A stretch of DNA of 33,965 nt from Seison nebaliae (GCA_023231475.1 JALJEE010001270.1:1-33965), one strand, 5' to 3'; shown: positions 11,614 to 28,007, counted from the first letter of the stretch. The notes: generated by a model not told the origin, from the letters alone. A program made the numbers and translations.

Positions 11614-13196
11614 TCATTTATCTCCTCGTCTGATAATACGTAGATAGATCCGAAGATTGTTTCGTTTACATTGAAGTACTTTTTGAAGTATTAAACGACG
11701 AATCGTCGGAGTTAGAATAAAAAAGTGACGCGCGCCATGATACGAAAACTCAACAACTGCTCTTACAAATAGTGGAAATAAATTGTTAGTGGAAATATAT
11801 TTGAGAATAATAAGAAGAAATAATATCCATTTGAAGGAGTATAAAATTCTCTTTCCAATAAATCTTATACCGATAATTTTGAATAAGTATAAATCCCTTA
11901 AATTTTCATTTTTTTTTCAATTCTCTTTTTTTTCGGGGTGAAGGTAACAGCATCTTGTCCATTTGCCCCGCGGGGATATGTTGTTGTAATAAAAAGAAAA
12001 TAAGTAAATAAATTTCATTCCACTACTGTTCCTTTCCTTCCTATGAAGGATATTCATTTTGATTATATTCAATTCGAAGAGTCCAAAAAATGAATGTGGA
12101 TTTCTTCCAACTGTTTTTTTATCAAGAAATAGACTGAGGAAGAAAATTGTTACTGATTGACTGTCTATTAGAAAACTTTTTCATACATAAACATTTTAGT
12201 TTAAAGGACAGTCCAGCACTAAAAAAATGTTCATTCGGTTTACTTGGACACAAAATACTGATAGACGGGCCTTCATACAATTAAAAAGTTCAATGATTTT
12301 AAGTAAAATAATGTTTGGAAATTTTTTCCCGTTACTTTCTCAGTTCATGTTTTATCAATTAAAATAGATGACTACCTAAAATAGTTATTTCCATTAACGT
12401 CTAAATAGCATTGTCTGACGACCAACCTTACATACTATATCGGAGTAAAAAATAAATATAGTACAAATGTATGGCATCAATACATGACTAGGTGCAAGGA
12501 GGCTAAAATAATTATTTTTGTATTTCTCAATTTTTGGATATGGATGTTGAAAGAACATGAAATGAGTGAGATATGTGGAAGAAAAACGGTACCCGACTTT
12601 TGTTAAAAAAGTATAAATTGCACAATTGTTTTATTATTGTAGAATGTAAGAAAAATAAAGTTGGAAAGCGAGTATTGAGGAAGGAGCGGACATGCATTTC
12701 ATTGGAAAAGATATATTTTTGCATGATGTTCGATCTCTGGTAGGGGAACAAGTAGGTAATAGGGAAATAGATCAATAATTAAATAATAATAAAATGTTCG
12801 TCATCCATCTGATGTGAAGATATATATAAGGGACAGATACTTCCAAATCACTCTCTTCTCTATGTGTTCAATTGCATTATCCCCTAACAAACTTTATACG
12901 TAGAGTTGTCTCATGAATATATAAATTTAGATGTTTCGTGTTCGGTTTATTGAAAGAAAATGAAATATTCACAATTTCATTCCATTGAATATTATTTCTG
13001 ATAACGGGGTTATCTCTCTATTTCATATCGTAGCCAATCATCACTTTGATTATAGGACTGCATCTTTCTAACTTACTTCTCATCGTATCTTCATTTTACA
13101 ATTGATCAACTACTCACATTCTCTCCTTTACTCTCCAAAAATTAACATGGAAAACATTGAAATTTTAAATGAGAAAAAAAATCTATTTCTTCAAAT

Positions 13197-13220
13197 AACA
13201 ACAACAACAACAACAACAAC
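13197..13220. repeat. (AAC)8 microsatellite
   Basis: Eight perfect aac units. Confidence 0.95.
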
Positions 13221-14376
13221 CACTTGTGAGTGGGCAAAATTGGTAAGGACTCGATATGAATAAGGTCGATTAGGACATATGTCCACATGAGAACATGAGT
13301 GAGAATAATTCAAAGACAAGATTTATTATGTAGCACGTCTAGAGTGATAGTTTCATTTCAATGGAAATTGTTAATAGGAATGAGAAGTTGATTAGAAATT
13401 TTGAGCCGTCCATTCTCTGGGATACACTAAGTCGAACAGATTTCCCAATTTTGGGGTAGAAGGGTAAGAATGAAGGAAAGAAAGAAGAATTCAAGGAACC
13501 ATTTCATAATCAATAATCATCATAAAAGATAGAAGGAATATGATGAATTATCGATGACAAATAGTAATGAAAGAAATAAACTGAAATCGTTCATGGTTCC
13601 TCTGTCTTCCAATGTTTCTATTCATTTCTTTAAAAATGACTTTATTCCATTCTACTCTATTCAATTATATTTTTAATGATTATTATAAGTCCTTTCCCAT
13701 GACGGAAGCACTAAATCATTCCTCTTCTTTCTAGATAACTATGCCATTGATGTCTTATGCGATTTATTCAATTTCCTCTTTCATTCGCCTACCATCGGCA
13801 ACTTTTATAGTCCAGTTCATTTAACTATTATCTAACAAGAAATATTATCTAATCTCAACTCAGACAATTCATTTCTGATGAAATGGAAAACTTTTGGAAA
13901 GAAAAAAACAAGATTCACATATTCCGAATAAAATAAGCTGAATTGAATTCCATGGAAATAAAATTGAAGTCACATTCTCAATCAAAATGAAGAATATTTC
14001 GACGAAAAATATTTAGATGAAAATAATTGTTTGTGATTTTTACCTGCTCCTTCACACGAATTGCCTTACACATCACATTATAAAAGATCGTTAGTTAGCT
14101 GAGTCGTTGAAGGTGCATCGGTTGGAAATCATCCAAATGAACGTAGAGCCAATCGTGTAATTTGATTAGAGTTACAATCATCAGTAATAATAGTAGTAGT
14201 ATGACATTCAATCTATCTTCAATCCAAAAGATTTCTTCGATTATTAGAATTTATTGAAAATTTTAACTGAAAGTATACTAATAGGAAGCTGTTTCCTGAA
14301 ATTTCGTGATATTCTCTAAATGGAATGAGAGAAAATGATGGTGGGAAGGGAGAGGAGTATATGGGGAGAAAAGATG

Positions 14377-16071
14377 TTAAATGTTCTTGGAAGATGGAGA
14401 GATGGTGGATGATTTGGATGACATGGAAAGTGATTCTCTCACAAGCGAGACATGCGGAAATTCGTCAAATATTTGATGATGAAAAGAAATTAGAGTCTCA
14501 ACGATCCTCATTTCACAAGAGTGGAATGACGAAGAGAATTGTCGATTTCTTTCCATTCGAATCAACACATTCTTCAATACGATAGCTAATGTGTTCGCGG
14601 ACATTCCATTAGCATCAGAATATTTCTGTATCTCATGGAAATGCCTCGTCACATACCGTAATGTATGGAGATGGATCGGAGGTAGTTTCAATAGTACGAT
14701 TCGTAATTGATGAATGAAATTATCTTTGTTTGATTTGCTAATGAAACTCATCTTTTCTCGTCCTCTTTCCATGTCGTCGTCGATGAGACGCATCAATTCA
14801 TCATTCAATTCATAAGTGATCAATGGTATTGGCAATGACCGAAGATAGTCTTTCAATACACAAGCGATCGCATATACATCTTTAATGGTGCACAGATTGC
14901 ACAATGATTCATTCTCTTTATCCTTTCCATTAATTATTGACGAACTCTCAATTCTTGCTGATGATCGGAGAGATATCGGACTTGACAATGACGTCACCGA
15001 ATTGCTGGATAAAATCACCAGATGGTTCGCCTTCATTTTCTTCGAGTTCGGTGAAAACTTGTCAATATAATTTCGGAAGATTCCTTTCACACAATTCATC
15101 GATTCGACCGATCCTTCTTTTCGATATATTCCACATAACGCTCTCAAATCTCTCTTCTCAATCTCGTTAATACAACTTTTTATAACGAATGGAATCACAC
15201 CGTCAGTTGCTCGAACGAACGTCGTCAAATCGATTCCGAACATTTCTCGCATATATTTCATTCGAGGAATACAATCATCGATGACATCGTTGAGACATTT
15301 GTGATGGATCTTCCGTCCACAATGGAGACACTTTAGTTCATGTCGGATATAAGGAAAGATATTTCGATAACAGATTGTACATTTGACAGGAAAGACTATT
15401 GATACGGTTTGGAAATGATGTTGTTGAGAATGTCGAACAATATGTAATCGATCAATTAACTCTTCACCCGCCTGACTTAAATTCACGTCCAATTCTTCAT
15501 TTTCCATTTTCCTCTTATCTTTCTCCACCACAACATCTTTTTTCTTCTTTTTCTTGTTCTCTTTATTTTTCCACTTCGCTCTATTCTCATTCTTTGTTTG
15601 TGATGTCATTTCTGACGAAAGTTTCGGTTGGAAGAATATCGTTGAATTAACTGTTGTTGTTGCATCGAATGAATGTTCATCAGTCAATTTGTGGGAATTG
15701 ATTTGATCATGGTAGAATGATGCCAATCCATCGCCCACTAATTCATTTAAGGAAATAAATTTACGATGTCCCACCGAATGGAAAGTTCCATCAAATTTTA
15801 TCTTAAAATTTTTCACTTTTCCATCGAATAAAATATCGAGAGTAAAACTATTGGGAGGATTGGTCGATGAACGGACAAGATAGGAACCAGTCAAATTCTC
15901 GTTTAATAAAATATTTTCCGATTGTTTTCTGTCAATTAATCCATGGTAAATTTCTCCATAATGTGGATAGATGTCATGCAATTCAATTTCCTTCGTTATA
16001 ACAGCGTTCGGAGTCAAATGTGGATCGATCATCTCGTTAATTAGTCTTAATAAGCAACTATCAATCTGACT
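14377..16071 (-). CDS. CHN1/CHN2: Chimaerin-family RacGAP (SH2 - C1 - RhoGAP)
   Basis: SH2 YGEIYHGLIDR..GSYLVRSS..F.SLNELVGDGL; C1 zinc finger H-x12-C-x2-C-x13-C-x2-C-x4-H-x2-C-x7-C at 15271-15420; RhoGAP FGIDLTT..GIYR (Arg finger 15121-15123)..LKDYLRSLPIPL..LPPIH. The ORF track starts at 16032, but the frame is open to 16071 (SQIDSCLLRLINE resembles chimaerin SYLYQLQQE), so a small upstream exon is likely. Confidence 0.92.
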   Translation of the reverse strand, partial: SQIDSCLLRLINEMIDPHLTPNAVITKEIELHDIYPHYGEIYHGLIDRKQSENILLNENLTGSYLVRSSTNPPNSFTLDILFDGKVKNFKIKFDGTFHSVGHRKFISLNELVGDGLASFYHDQINSHKLTDEHSFDATTTVNSTIFFQPKLSSEMTSQTKNENRAKWKNKENKKKKKKDVVVEKDKRKMENEELDVNLSQAGEELIDRLHIVRHSQQHHFQTVSIVFPVKCTICYRNIFPYIRHELKCLHCGRKIHHKCLNDVIDDCIPRMKYMREMFGIDLTTFVRATDGVIPFVIKSCINEIEKRDLRALCGIYRKEGSVESMNCVKGIFRNYIDKFSPNSKKMKANHLVILSSNSVTSLSSPISLRSSARIESSSIINGKDKENESLCNLCTIKDVYAIACVLKDYLRSLPIPLITYELNDELMRLIDDDMERGREKMSFISKSNKDNFIHQLRIVLLKLPPIHLHTLRYVTRHFHEIQKYSDANGMSANTLAIVLKNVLIRMERNRQFSSSFHSCEMRIVETLISFHHQIFDEFPHVSLVRESLSMSSKSSTISPSSKNI

Positions 16072-18090
16072 CTACTTAAAACATAACATAAATGAGAGAT
16101 GAATCCACATTAATAACCATTCCCATTTGATACAAGACCGATCAAACCAAAAATAACTGTTATTGTTTTTTAAGTTTATACTCCTGCCAAAATATCAGAA
16201 GAGAAATATTTTAAATTATCTCTCTTTTCTCATTCACTTCATTTCCTCCATCTCCCTTCACTTCAAAACTTAATTTTAATTTTTTTTCGAACTAATTTTT
16301 AATTTCTAATCAACTTCTCAATTTCTTCCAATTCACGTTTGTTAAGAATCTCGTTAATTGACATGTTAAGATTCCTAAAATATTCCTCAATAATAATTTA
16401 TTGTTTCTCTCCAGATTATTACTAAAGATTATCATATCTAATTAATATACTTTTATTTATTCTTATACTTATTTTTTAAAGAGGATACCACTAAAGAGGT
16501 AACATAAAATAATCATAAATTCCATTTTGAAAAGGAAATTTCCGTTGTATTGCATAAAAATATTGAAATTGACCTTAGTTGGATATTTATCTTTTAAACT
16601 TAATAAACATCAAAATTATTTGCATGTGGTCTAGTTGTATGTCTCTACATATTTGGAGAATTAATTCCAATGAGTGTTGGACTTCTAATTTTAGGAAGTG
16701 GTTCTAACAATAATTAGTCGTTGAGACAAAATCTAATGAAAGATTAAAGGTTATTTATTGAAATAAAAAGAGGATTTATACGAGTTTTTAATTGAATGTT
16801 CCTTTCCTCTAAAATAACTCGATCGATTTTTTGTCACATGATTAGATGAAATCATAATCGTTCCCGTCGTCATTCAATTTCCATAATTCACAACATGTTT
16901 TACGTTTTGTGAATTGGTTTCGAACGAATCTCCAAAAGGAAGCACTGGGTAAAATAGTGCATAATTTGTGAAGGAAACATTCCACTTCTTTCCTGACGTT
17001 CTTGATGGTAATTCATAGAATGATGAACAGTCATGTACGCACAATGGAAGTGTTGAAAACTAATAGAAATTTATCAAATTTCCCTCATATCATTCGCTTC
17101 CTATATCATATAGAATGAACTGATAGAAGTCAATATTTCACATAATCGAATCAAAGTGAATTTTTGATGATGAAGCGAGTTGTTCTCTAAGTTGAAAAGC
17201 GTCAAAATGGCGTGAAACGTATCTTATCGAACATATTTGAGGAAACACTTTATTTATGAGACAGATGGAAGAATTTCGTTCAAATCAATCATCAATTTCA
17301 TAGAACTTATACAATGTAAGGATTAACGAAATCTTTCCTTTTAAATTATTTAAAAAAGAAATTACCATTTTATTCTTACCATTTCTTACTTATCCACTTG
17401 CTCTAATAGTTAGGCAACAGATGAAAGAATGATTAAGGTAATCGAATGAGCTTCGAATGAATCAAAGAACACCATTGTATAAGGATAAAAGAGATAACGA
17501 AATCAGATTTCATAAGCATTATTATCTTTAATGAGATTATCCAAATAATTTCTAATTGTGACTTAATGGATTAAGGAGTACGACATTTAGAATTAAGAAT
17601 GCTAAATCGTTATTAACTCAACACTTCTTCCAATTCATTCTTATTTGTTTCTCGTTCTACAACTACTCATTGACTCGAATTATTTGGAAGAATTTGCAGA
17701 AGAGATGTAAACTATCGATATCATCTTGATTAATTGGGAAGAATATGGAAGAGTAAAAAACTTTCAAACTTAACTACCTAATCAATTGACTATAGTTTGC
17801 TGTTGAATGAATTCAGGATAAATAGAGATGGATATCGTTTTTCTAATTCTATTAAAGAATAAATTTAACCAATATTCTCTCCTCAACTAATATCTCTTTT
17901 ACTCATTTCTTATCAATAAACGATAATAATATTTTTTTCTTTATTAAAAAAAACTTTATTCATTCATTACAACTCGATGAACCTTTTCTTAATTTTTTTT
18001 TATTTCTAATTTCTTGATCTTTCACTTTTTATCATTTCTTCTTCGTCAGAAAATTATCCGTCAGCCATCCTTTACATTATACGAAATAAA

Positions 18091-19402
18091 ATGTTTTTAA
18101 AACATAACAATATAATTGACATGATAAGATTATTTTCGTTATTGTTATTAAACGTTCGATTATTCTCATGTGAAAGTTGGTGGAATTTCGGTGTTTATTA
18201 TACGAAAATTGCCAATTCCAAAAACAAAGTTGAGTCAATCAAAATGTTATGTGATCGATCAGTCAATTTGAGTTGGAAACAAAAACGATTTTGTCATCAA
18301 TTCCCTTTCCACCTCATTGTGATTAGTGAGAGCATCGCACAGAGCATCGAATTGTGTCAGAAAAGGTTTGAAAATAAACCATGGAATTGCACTGTTTACG
18401 GAAATATCGATCACATTTTCGGACCGGCTAAAATCGAAAGTTTAATTTATCTATTCTCTCAAATTCCTTTTAATTATCTCTTTCAATTTTTTCTGCTTTT
18501 TTAGACACGAAGGAGATAGCATATGTACGAGCACTTACCACCGCATCCATTATTATCAATTTAGCCGAAAGTTGCGCGGAAGGTCGTTTATCAAACACAT
18601 GTGGCTGCTTATTACGAAATGCACCCATGAAATTTTCCGGTTCGGTTGAATGGAACCGTTGTAGTGATAACATTTGGTATGCGAATAAATTCTATCGTTA
18701 TTTCTCTCGAATATTCTCTGAATCTTCTAATAATAACAAGACAAAAATTTCGTTAACAAATCAAACTTCATTCCGTTCGGCTATTCATCGTAGTCGACGC
18801 TTCAATAAACGTGAAACGTCAAATGATGATATAAATAATTTTAACAAAGATCTTGGAAGACAGGTTTCTTATTACTCATTCTATATCACTACAATATTTT
18901 ACAGATTGCTACCAGATCAATGGCATTACGTTGTGCATGTATTCAGTGGTATTATGGGAAATGTGTTAAGAACCGATGTGCATATCGAGTAACATCAGTG
19001 AAATCATTAGAAAGAAGATTGACCCAATTGTACGACCAAGCTGTCCATTTTACAACATTACGTCAACTCAGAACTTTCAAGAACCATCGACAACGACGAG
19101 GTGAAATTCATTATAAACCACTCATCTATTCAGAAGAGTCACCAAACTACTGCGAAAAGAATAGAAAGTTCGGTTGGCCTGGTGTGCACGGTCGTGTTTG
19201 TTTCAAGAACGACATGTCAGTTGACGGTTTTAAATCGATAAATGTCGCTCAAATCGAAAGTAATTGTAGTCAAGCTTGTTGTGGCAAATTCTCACAAACA
19301 CTCCGTAAAATCCAATACAAATGTGACTGCAAATTCCAATGGTGTTGTCAACTGAAATGTAAAATTTGTGAACGATTATCATTAACATACACATGCAATT
19401 AA
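18091..19402 (+). CDS. Wnt: Divergent Wnt ligand (possibly Wnt5-like); exons 18091-18439, 18505-18863, 18905-19402; 401 aa (alternative start 18121)
   Basis: Signal-peptide-like N-terminus, then CQKRF..WNC, (N)TKEIAYVRAL, C.EG.L..CGC, W..CSDN, N..LGR, LIYSEESPNYC, G..GRVC, CCG and CDCKFQWCC..C..C....TC. There are 24 Cys in Wnt spacing. GT-AG introns 18440-18504 (65 nt, phase 1) and 18864-18904 (41 nt, phase 0) join three ORF-track fragments into one frame. The subfamily guess rests on SWW and LS..QK.FC...H and is tentative. Confidence 0.93.
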
Positions 19403-20469
19403 TAGAATAATCTCTTCAAATTCTATTCATTTCCATTTCATCAATATTTTACAGATATTTCTTCCCTAAATTCTTATAGCCATTTCATTTGATAAACTCA
19501 TACCATTATTATAAATTAAGATTTTGTTATCAATGTCTAATATGTATCTTTTTTAGAATCAATCAATATGTTATAATATTATCCAAATATTAGTTTAAGG
19601 AAAGGAATTTACTTTGGTTTTTCGATTTCGAAGAAAAAATCACTCAATTATTAACTCTACTTTTTCTTCCACGAATGGTAACTGTAGTAGTATTTATTCT
19701 TATCCAAAATATATCGTAGTGAAACCTTTGACAGTTCCTTTTATCCATCTTTCAAAGTTCACGATATTTCATTATACTAAATCACGTTTTATTCGACATC
19801 AAACAGTCGATTATTAAAATAAGTTAAAGTATCTTAAACATCCTAAAACATTGGTTTATCTTTATTATTCATTGCCAGTGAGTCCTAATGAAAAAAACGC
19901 AAGTTATGAGAAATATTAGATTATATTCCATTGATTTATTGTCATTCAAATGCTGAAAGAGGCCAAAATTGAGAAGGAAATAAAAAAAATAAATTATTTT
20001 GAGTTTGATCCAAACGGAAGTAGTTCACGGTCAGTCCAATGAGTACATGACTTAATAAAAAATGTGAAATGAACATTCTCTGTTGCCGATTACATCGTTA
20101 GTGATAAGTGGAACGAATAGATAAAACTACATGAAGTGTGACGGATGTAAAATGATGAAAAATGATAAAAAAAATGGTGAAAGTAATTGAGAATCTTTGA
20201 AGGAGAAAAATTGTTGCTCTGAAGTTTCGTGCAATTATTTATGATAAATAACTAAATAAATAAATAAATAAATATAGATCTATACAAGGAGAGAAGAAGG
20301 TGTTTGCAAAACAAATAATTTAAGTCTGAAAAGAGATGATGAGAAGGATCGTGAAATTTCATTTGGAAACCGTAACTCGATTCCATTTTATTACGTTCGA
20401 GTATTTTCCAGTATAAAGGGAGAGTTTGTGGATATAAGAGCGAAAGCAAAATTCAATTTGACCAATTGT

Positions 20470-24687
<4,218 letters not shown>

Positions 24688-25058
24688 AATTCTCAACAAA
24701 GACAAGATGCGCTCCTATAACTCTTCTTGTTCTTCACGCGTCATTCTCCTTTAAAAATTGTTTTTCAACTCACATTCAATACTCAGTGGCTAAGAATGGA
24801 ATTGGACATGATGAAAATAAAATTTTCATTCTGATGCTAACGAAGTAGTTTATCTGAAATGATTCGAATGAAATGCTTCTGTATATTTGAAATTTGTAAT
24901 GAGTAGAATTATTTAATTTTCCATCATCTTTTCTTTAATAATCGTTCTGATTGTTAAGTGAATTAGAAAAAAATAGAATTTATGAGAAGGACTTTGCGGG
25001 GAAATTCGGTGATCAACGCAACATTACACTCGATGTCTGTTTACGACTGACGGTGTGT

Positions 25059-25120
25059 GAGACAGAGAGAGAAAGAGAGAGAGAGAGAGAGAGGGGACGA
25101 AAGAGAGAGAGAGAGAGAGA
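25059..25120. repeat. Interrupted (GA)n microsatellite
   Basis: GA runs with short interruptions, upstream of the CDK coding start. Confidence 0.95.
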
Positions 25121-26330
25121 ATGAACAAAATAAACTTTATTAGAAAAAGACTCATTGGGAAAGGCAAAATCATCAAAAAATTTTATTTTTAATCGAGAAA
25201 AGAAAAATGTTAATGATCGCTGTTGTTGCTGTTGTTATTGTTGTTGATGATGATGATGGTGATAATTAGAGAGTAAATGTCTAAGTTTTGATTTATTGGT
25301 ATTGTGCAGACGGATGAAGGACAAGAAGGAAGAGAACGTTAGTTCTCGGTTGGTTGTGGGAAGAAGTTGAGAAAGAGAGAAGAATAATTGTCAATATTAT
25401 CTAATGAGTCTGATATTCTTTTCAATTTAATTCATACACATGGGAAAACGATTGGTTGAGTAAGAATCTCTCTAAGAATCACCGATAACAATTCTAAAAA
25501 ATTTTCCAAATAATTTAATTCTTTTCAAATAGTAATTTCTAATGCATACTTCCTTCCTCCTACTACGAGTAGATAATAATAAGCGATGTGTCTATTAACA
25601 AATCGGTTCCACTACATCAAAATTCATCAATGTGATTTTTATTGAAATTTTCCTTATTTCTTCTATTAAATAAAGAAGTAATTGATTCTTATCTCAATCG
25701 ACTGCTCTCCAACCTCCTCCACATTCACATCATCAAATTTGTTCGTTGAATTCATTGGCTTTATTCTCGATAATAATTCATAATTAATATAACGGATTAT
25801 CGACTAAACAATTATGTGAAATGGAGACAATGTGAAATAGTTCTCCGATAATCGAAAAGATAATCTTCGACTTTTATTCCGTCGTTACCAGGAATATTAC
25901 TTAATTACTTTGGAAAGTGATGATGAAATTGGTGGGCATCACTCAAACCATATGAAGTGTTAGAAAACGCTTCTACTAGAAGATCATTAATAGATAATTA
26001 CCTAATAAAAATGTCTTTTGTCTAAGGGCAATTCCACGAAGAATATAGGAAACATCTCGTTTGAATCGCACAAGAAAATAAGTGGAGAGCAAAATAAAAT
26101 TATGAGAATAGGAGTAGTTCTCGTGAAATTGGCGAAAAGAATATGTCTAGTTTTCTCCTCCTCACTCCATTATACAACATATTCGAATATTCCCATCTGA
26201 TAATTCTATGTAATTGTTTATTTATTACTATTATATGGAGAAGAAGAAAGTACATAATTATTTATAATTCGGTAAATGATGTAAGAATTGTTCAAAGAAT
26301 AAGTCACTATATGAAAACGATAAAGAATGT

Positions 26331-26348
26331 TATATATATATATATATA
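26331..26348. repeat. (TA)9 microsatellite
   Basis: Nine TA units. Confidence 0.95.
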
Positions 26349-27323
26349 GTTATATGTCGATGTGTTTATCTTTTTCACCTTCTTTCTCTTTTTCTCCCTT
26401 CGTTCGTGTCTGTTTCTGTGTCTGTTTGTGTATATGAAGAAAAAGAAATATTTCCACCGAACAAATATGAATCCACAGTTTCCATTCTTCTGCCTTCTCC
26501 TCTCCCTTCCAGTCTCTCACCAAAAAATTTCCTTTCAACTCAATTCTTATTGAATGATTTTTATCCTTATAAGACATTCCCAATACGCCACCATATTCCT
26601 CCTTGTGGCATGGCGAAAAAAAAATGAGATTCACTTACCATTCTTTCCCACAAATATAAATACAGATATCAAACGAAGTTTAGACGTACAACTCCAATGT
26701 TAGTCCAGTGAAAGCTTCTGGAGGGGAAATGCCGACTATACACACAACCATGCCATCACTTTGCTATTAGGTCGAATGCTTGTGATAAAGTCATATTAAA
26801 AGAAAAGATCGAAACTTTTTCTTTTCTTTTATTGACTATTTTATATTATTTTTCTAATCTCTCTCACCATATTCAATCACTCATTAGAGAGAAGAAATTT
26901 GACCCTTCAAAATAATCTGGTAAACTCAATTTCCGTTCGCTACCTATCCAAATTCTTTACCTCCAATAATTCATGTGGTTTCATTTACATAATTAGATAA
27001 ACTAGAAAAGAATTCTATTTCAAATTCATCATAAATATATGAGCTTAAAACTGTGAGTCCATTTTCTTCTGACCGTTGAACCAATATCGACATACATCCT
27101 AAAGAAATTACTACATATATTTCTAATTGAAACACTCTTTCCCAGTTATTCAAAGAAAACAGAGAAATATTTTCTTTTTATTTTATTCATTTGTTTATTA
27201 AACAATTTCTTTTATTGGAATGATGTTATGTAACTGATAAAGTAGGAAAATTTAAGAGATAATTGTAGAGTCAACACTAATGAGTAGTGCCTGAAGAATA
27301 AAGAATAAACATGAAAGATGTTA

Positions 27324-27533
27324 TGTTTCCGGAACGATAAAGATCCGGATATATCTGTCCATATATCTGATATGGAACAAAGTAATTTGTTCCGGATACA
27401 ATTCCTAACAATATTCCAATTTTCTTTCGAAACTTTTCCAACATTTGTTATGAATCATTTCATTGTATGGATGTTGGGAAAGAAACGATTTTCAAAAACC
27501 GCAAATTACAATTTGTGTTCCGGAAACACAAAT
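27324..27533. repeat. Small foldback/MITE-like relic rich in TCCGGA
   Basis: tgtttccggaac (27324-27335) is the exact reverse complement of gttccggaaaca (27517-27528). Two further tccgga lie inside. There is a hairpin atttgtgtt/aacacaaat at 27511-27533 and an inner inverted pair ttccaacat/atgttgggaa. Confidence 0.45.
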
Positions 27534-28007
27534 ATTTTTCTTTTTTCTTCATCCTACCATTATTGGATTGATCAGAGAATGAGAAAGGAAGAATAATTTA
27601 TTTCAACGATCTTCTCGTCTCATATATTATAATTGAATAAGTAATGATCGGAAGGAAGGAAGGAATGAATGGTTACAGAAGAGAAGAGAAGAATGAACAA
27701 CTTATTTGAACGCATACCTTTTCGTCACCAAAATTTCTACTTTCTCATCAATGATCTATTTTTATATAGAATAATGTTTTTTTTTGTAAGATGATTATAT
27801 TAAAAATAATTCAATGTCTCCTCTCTCTTTTCTATTAGTCGTCTTCAGTAATTTGTATTATGATCAACTTCTTTCTCTCCAAATAAGATAGATGTAAATT
27901 TATTCTTTTGGTGAATGAAAGCATCTTCTTTCATTTCTGCTCCATTGGAAAAGAAGTTACGAAAAGAATTTTTGTTCGTCCTCAATTTCCATTCAATTAA
28001 TTTCCAT

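Noticed and set aside
11934..11975. GC-rich hairpin cggggtgaagg...catttgccccg followed by cgggg
   Set aside because: Might be a collapsed TIR relic but is too short and mismatched to support; it is not a tRNA.
12201..12276. ttaa-aggacagtccagca resembling a Kolobok-type terminus with a weak partner at 12259-12272
   Set aside because: Only 10/14 inverted match and no right-hand TTAA.
14325..15650. Plus-strand ORFs antisense to chimaerin
   Set aside because: Antisense shadows without domain features.
24715..24744. In-frame TAG upstream of the CDK as stop-codon readthrough or an alternative genetic code
   Set aside because: The other genes end at standard stops with no internal TAG; a splice acceptor or uORF stop explains it more simply.
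26018..27596. Cluster of 60-94 aa ORFs on both strands
   Set aside because: Low-complexity, microsatellite-derived composition, mutually overlapping, with no family motifs.
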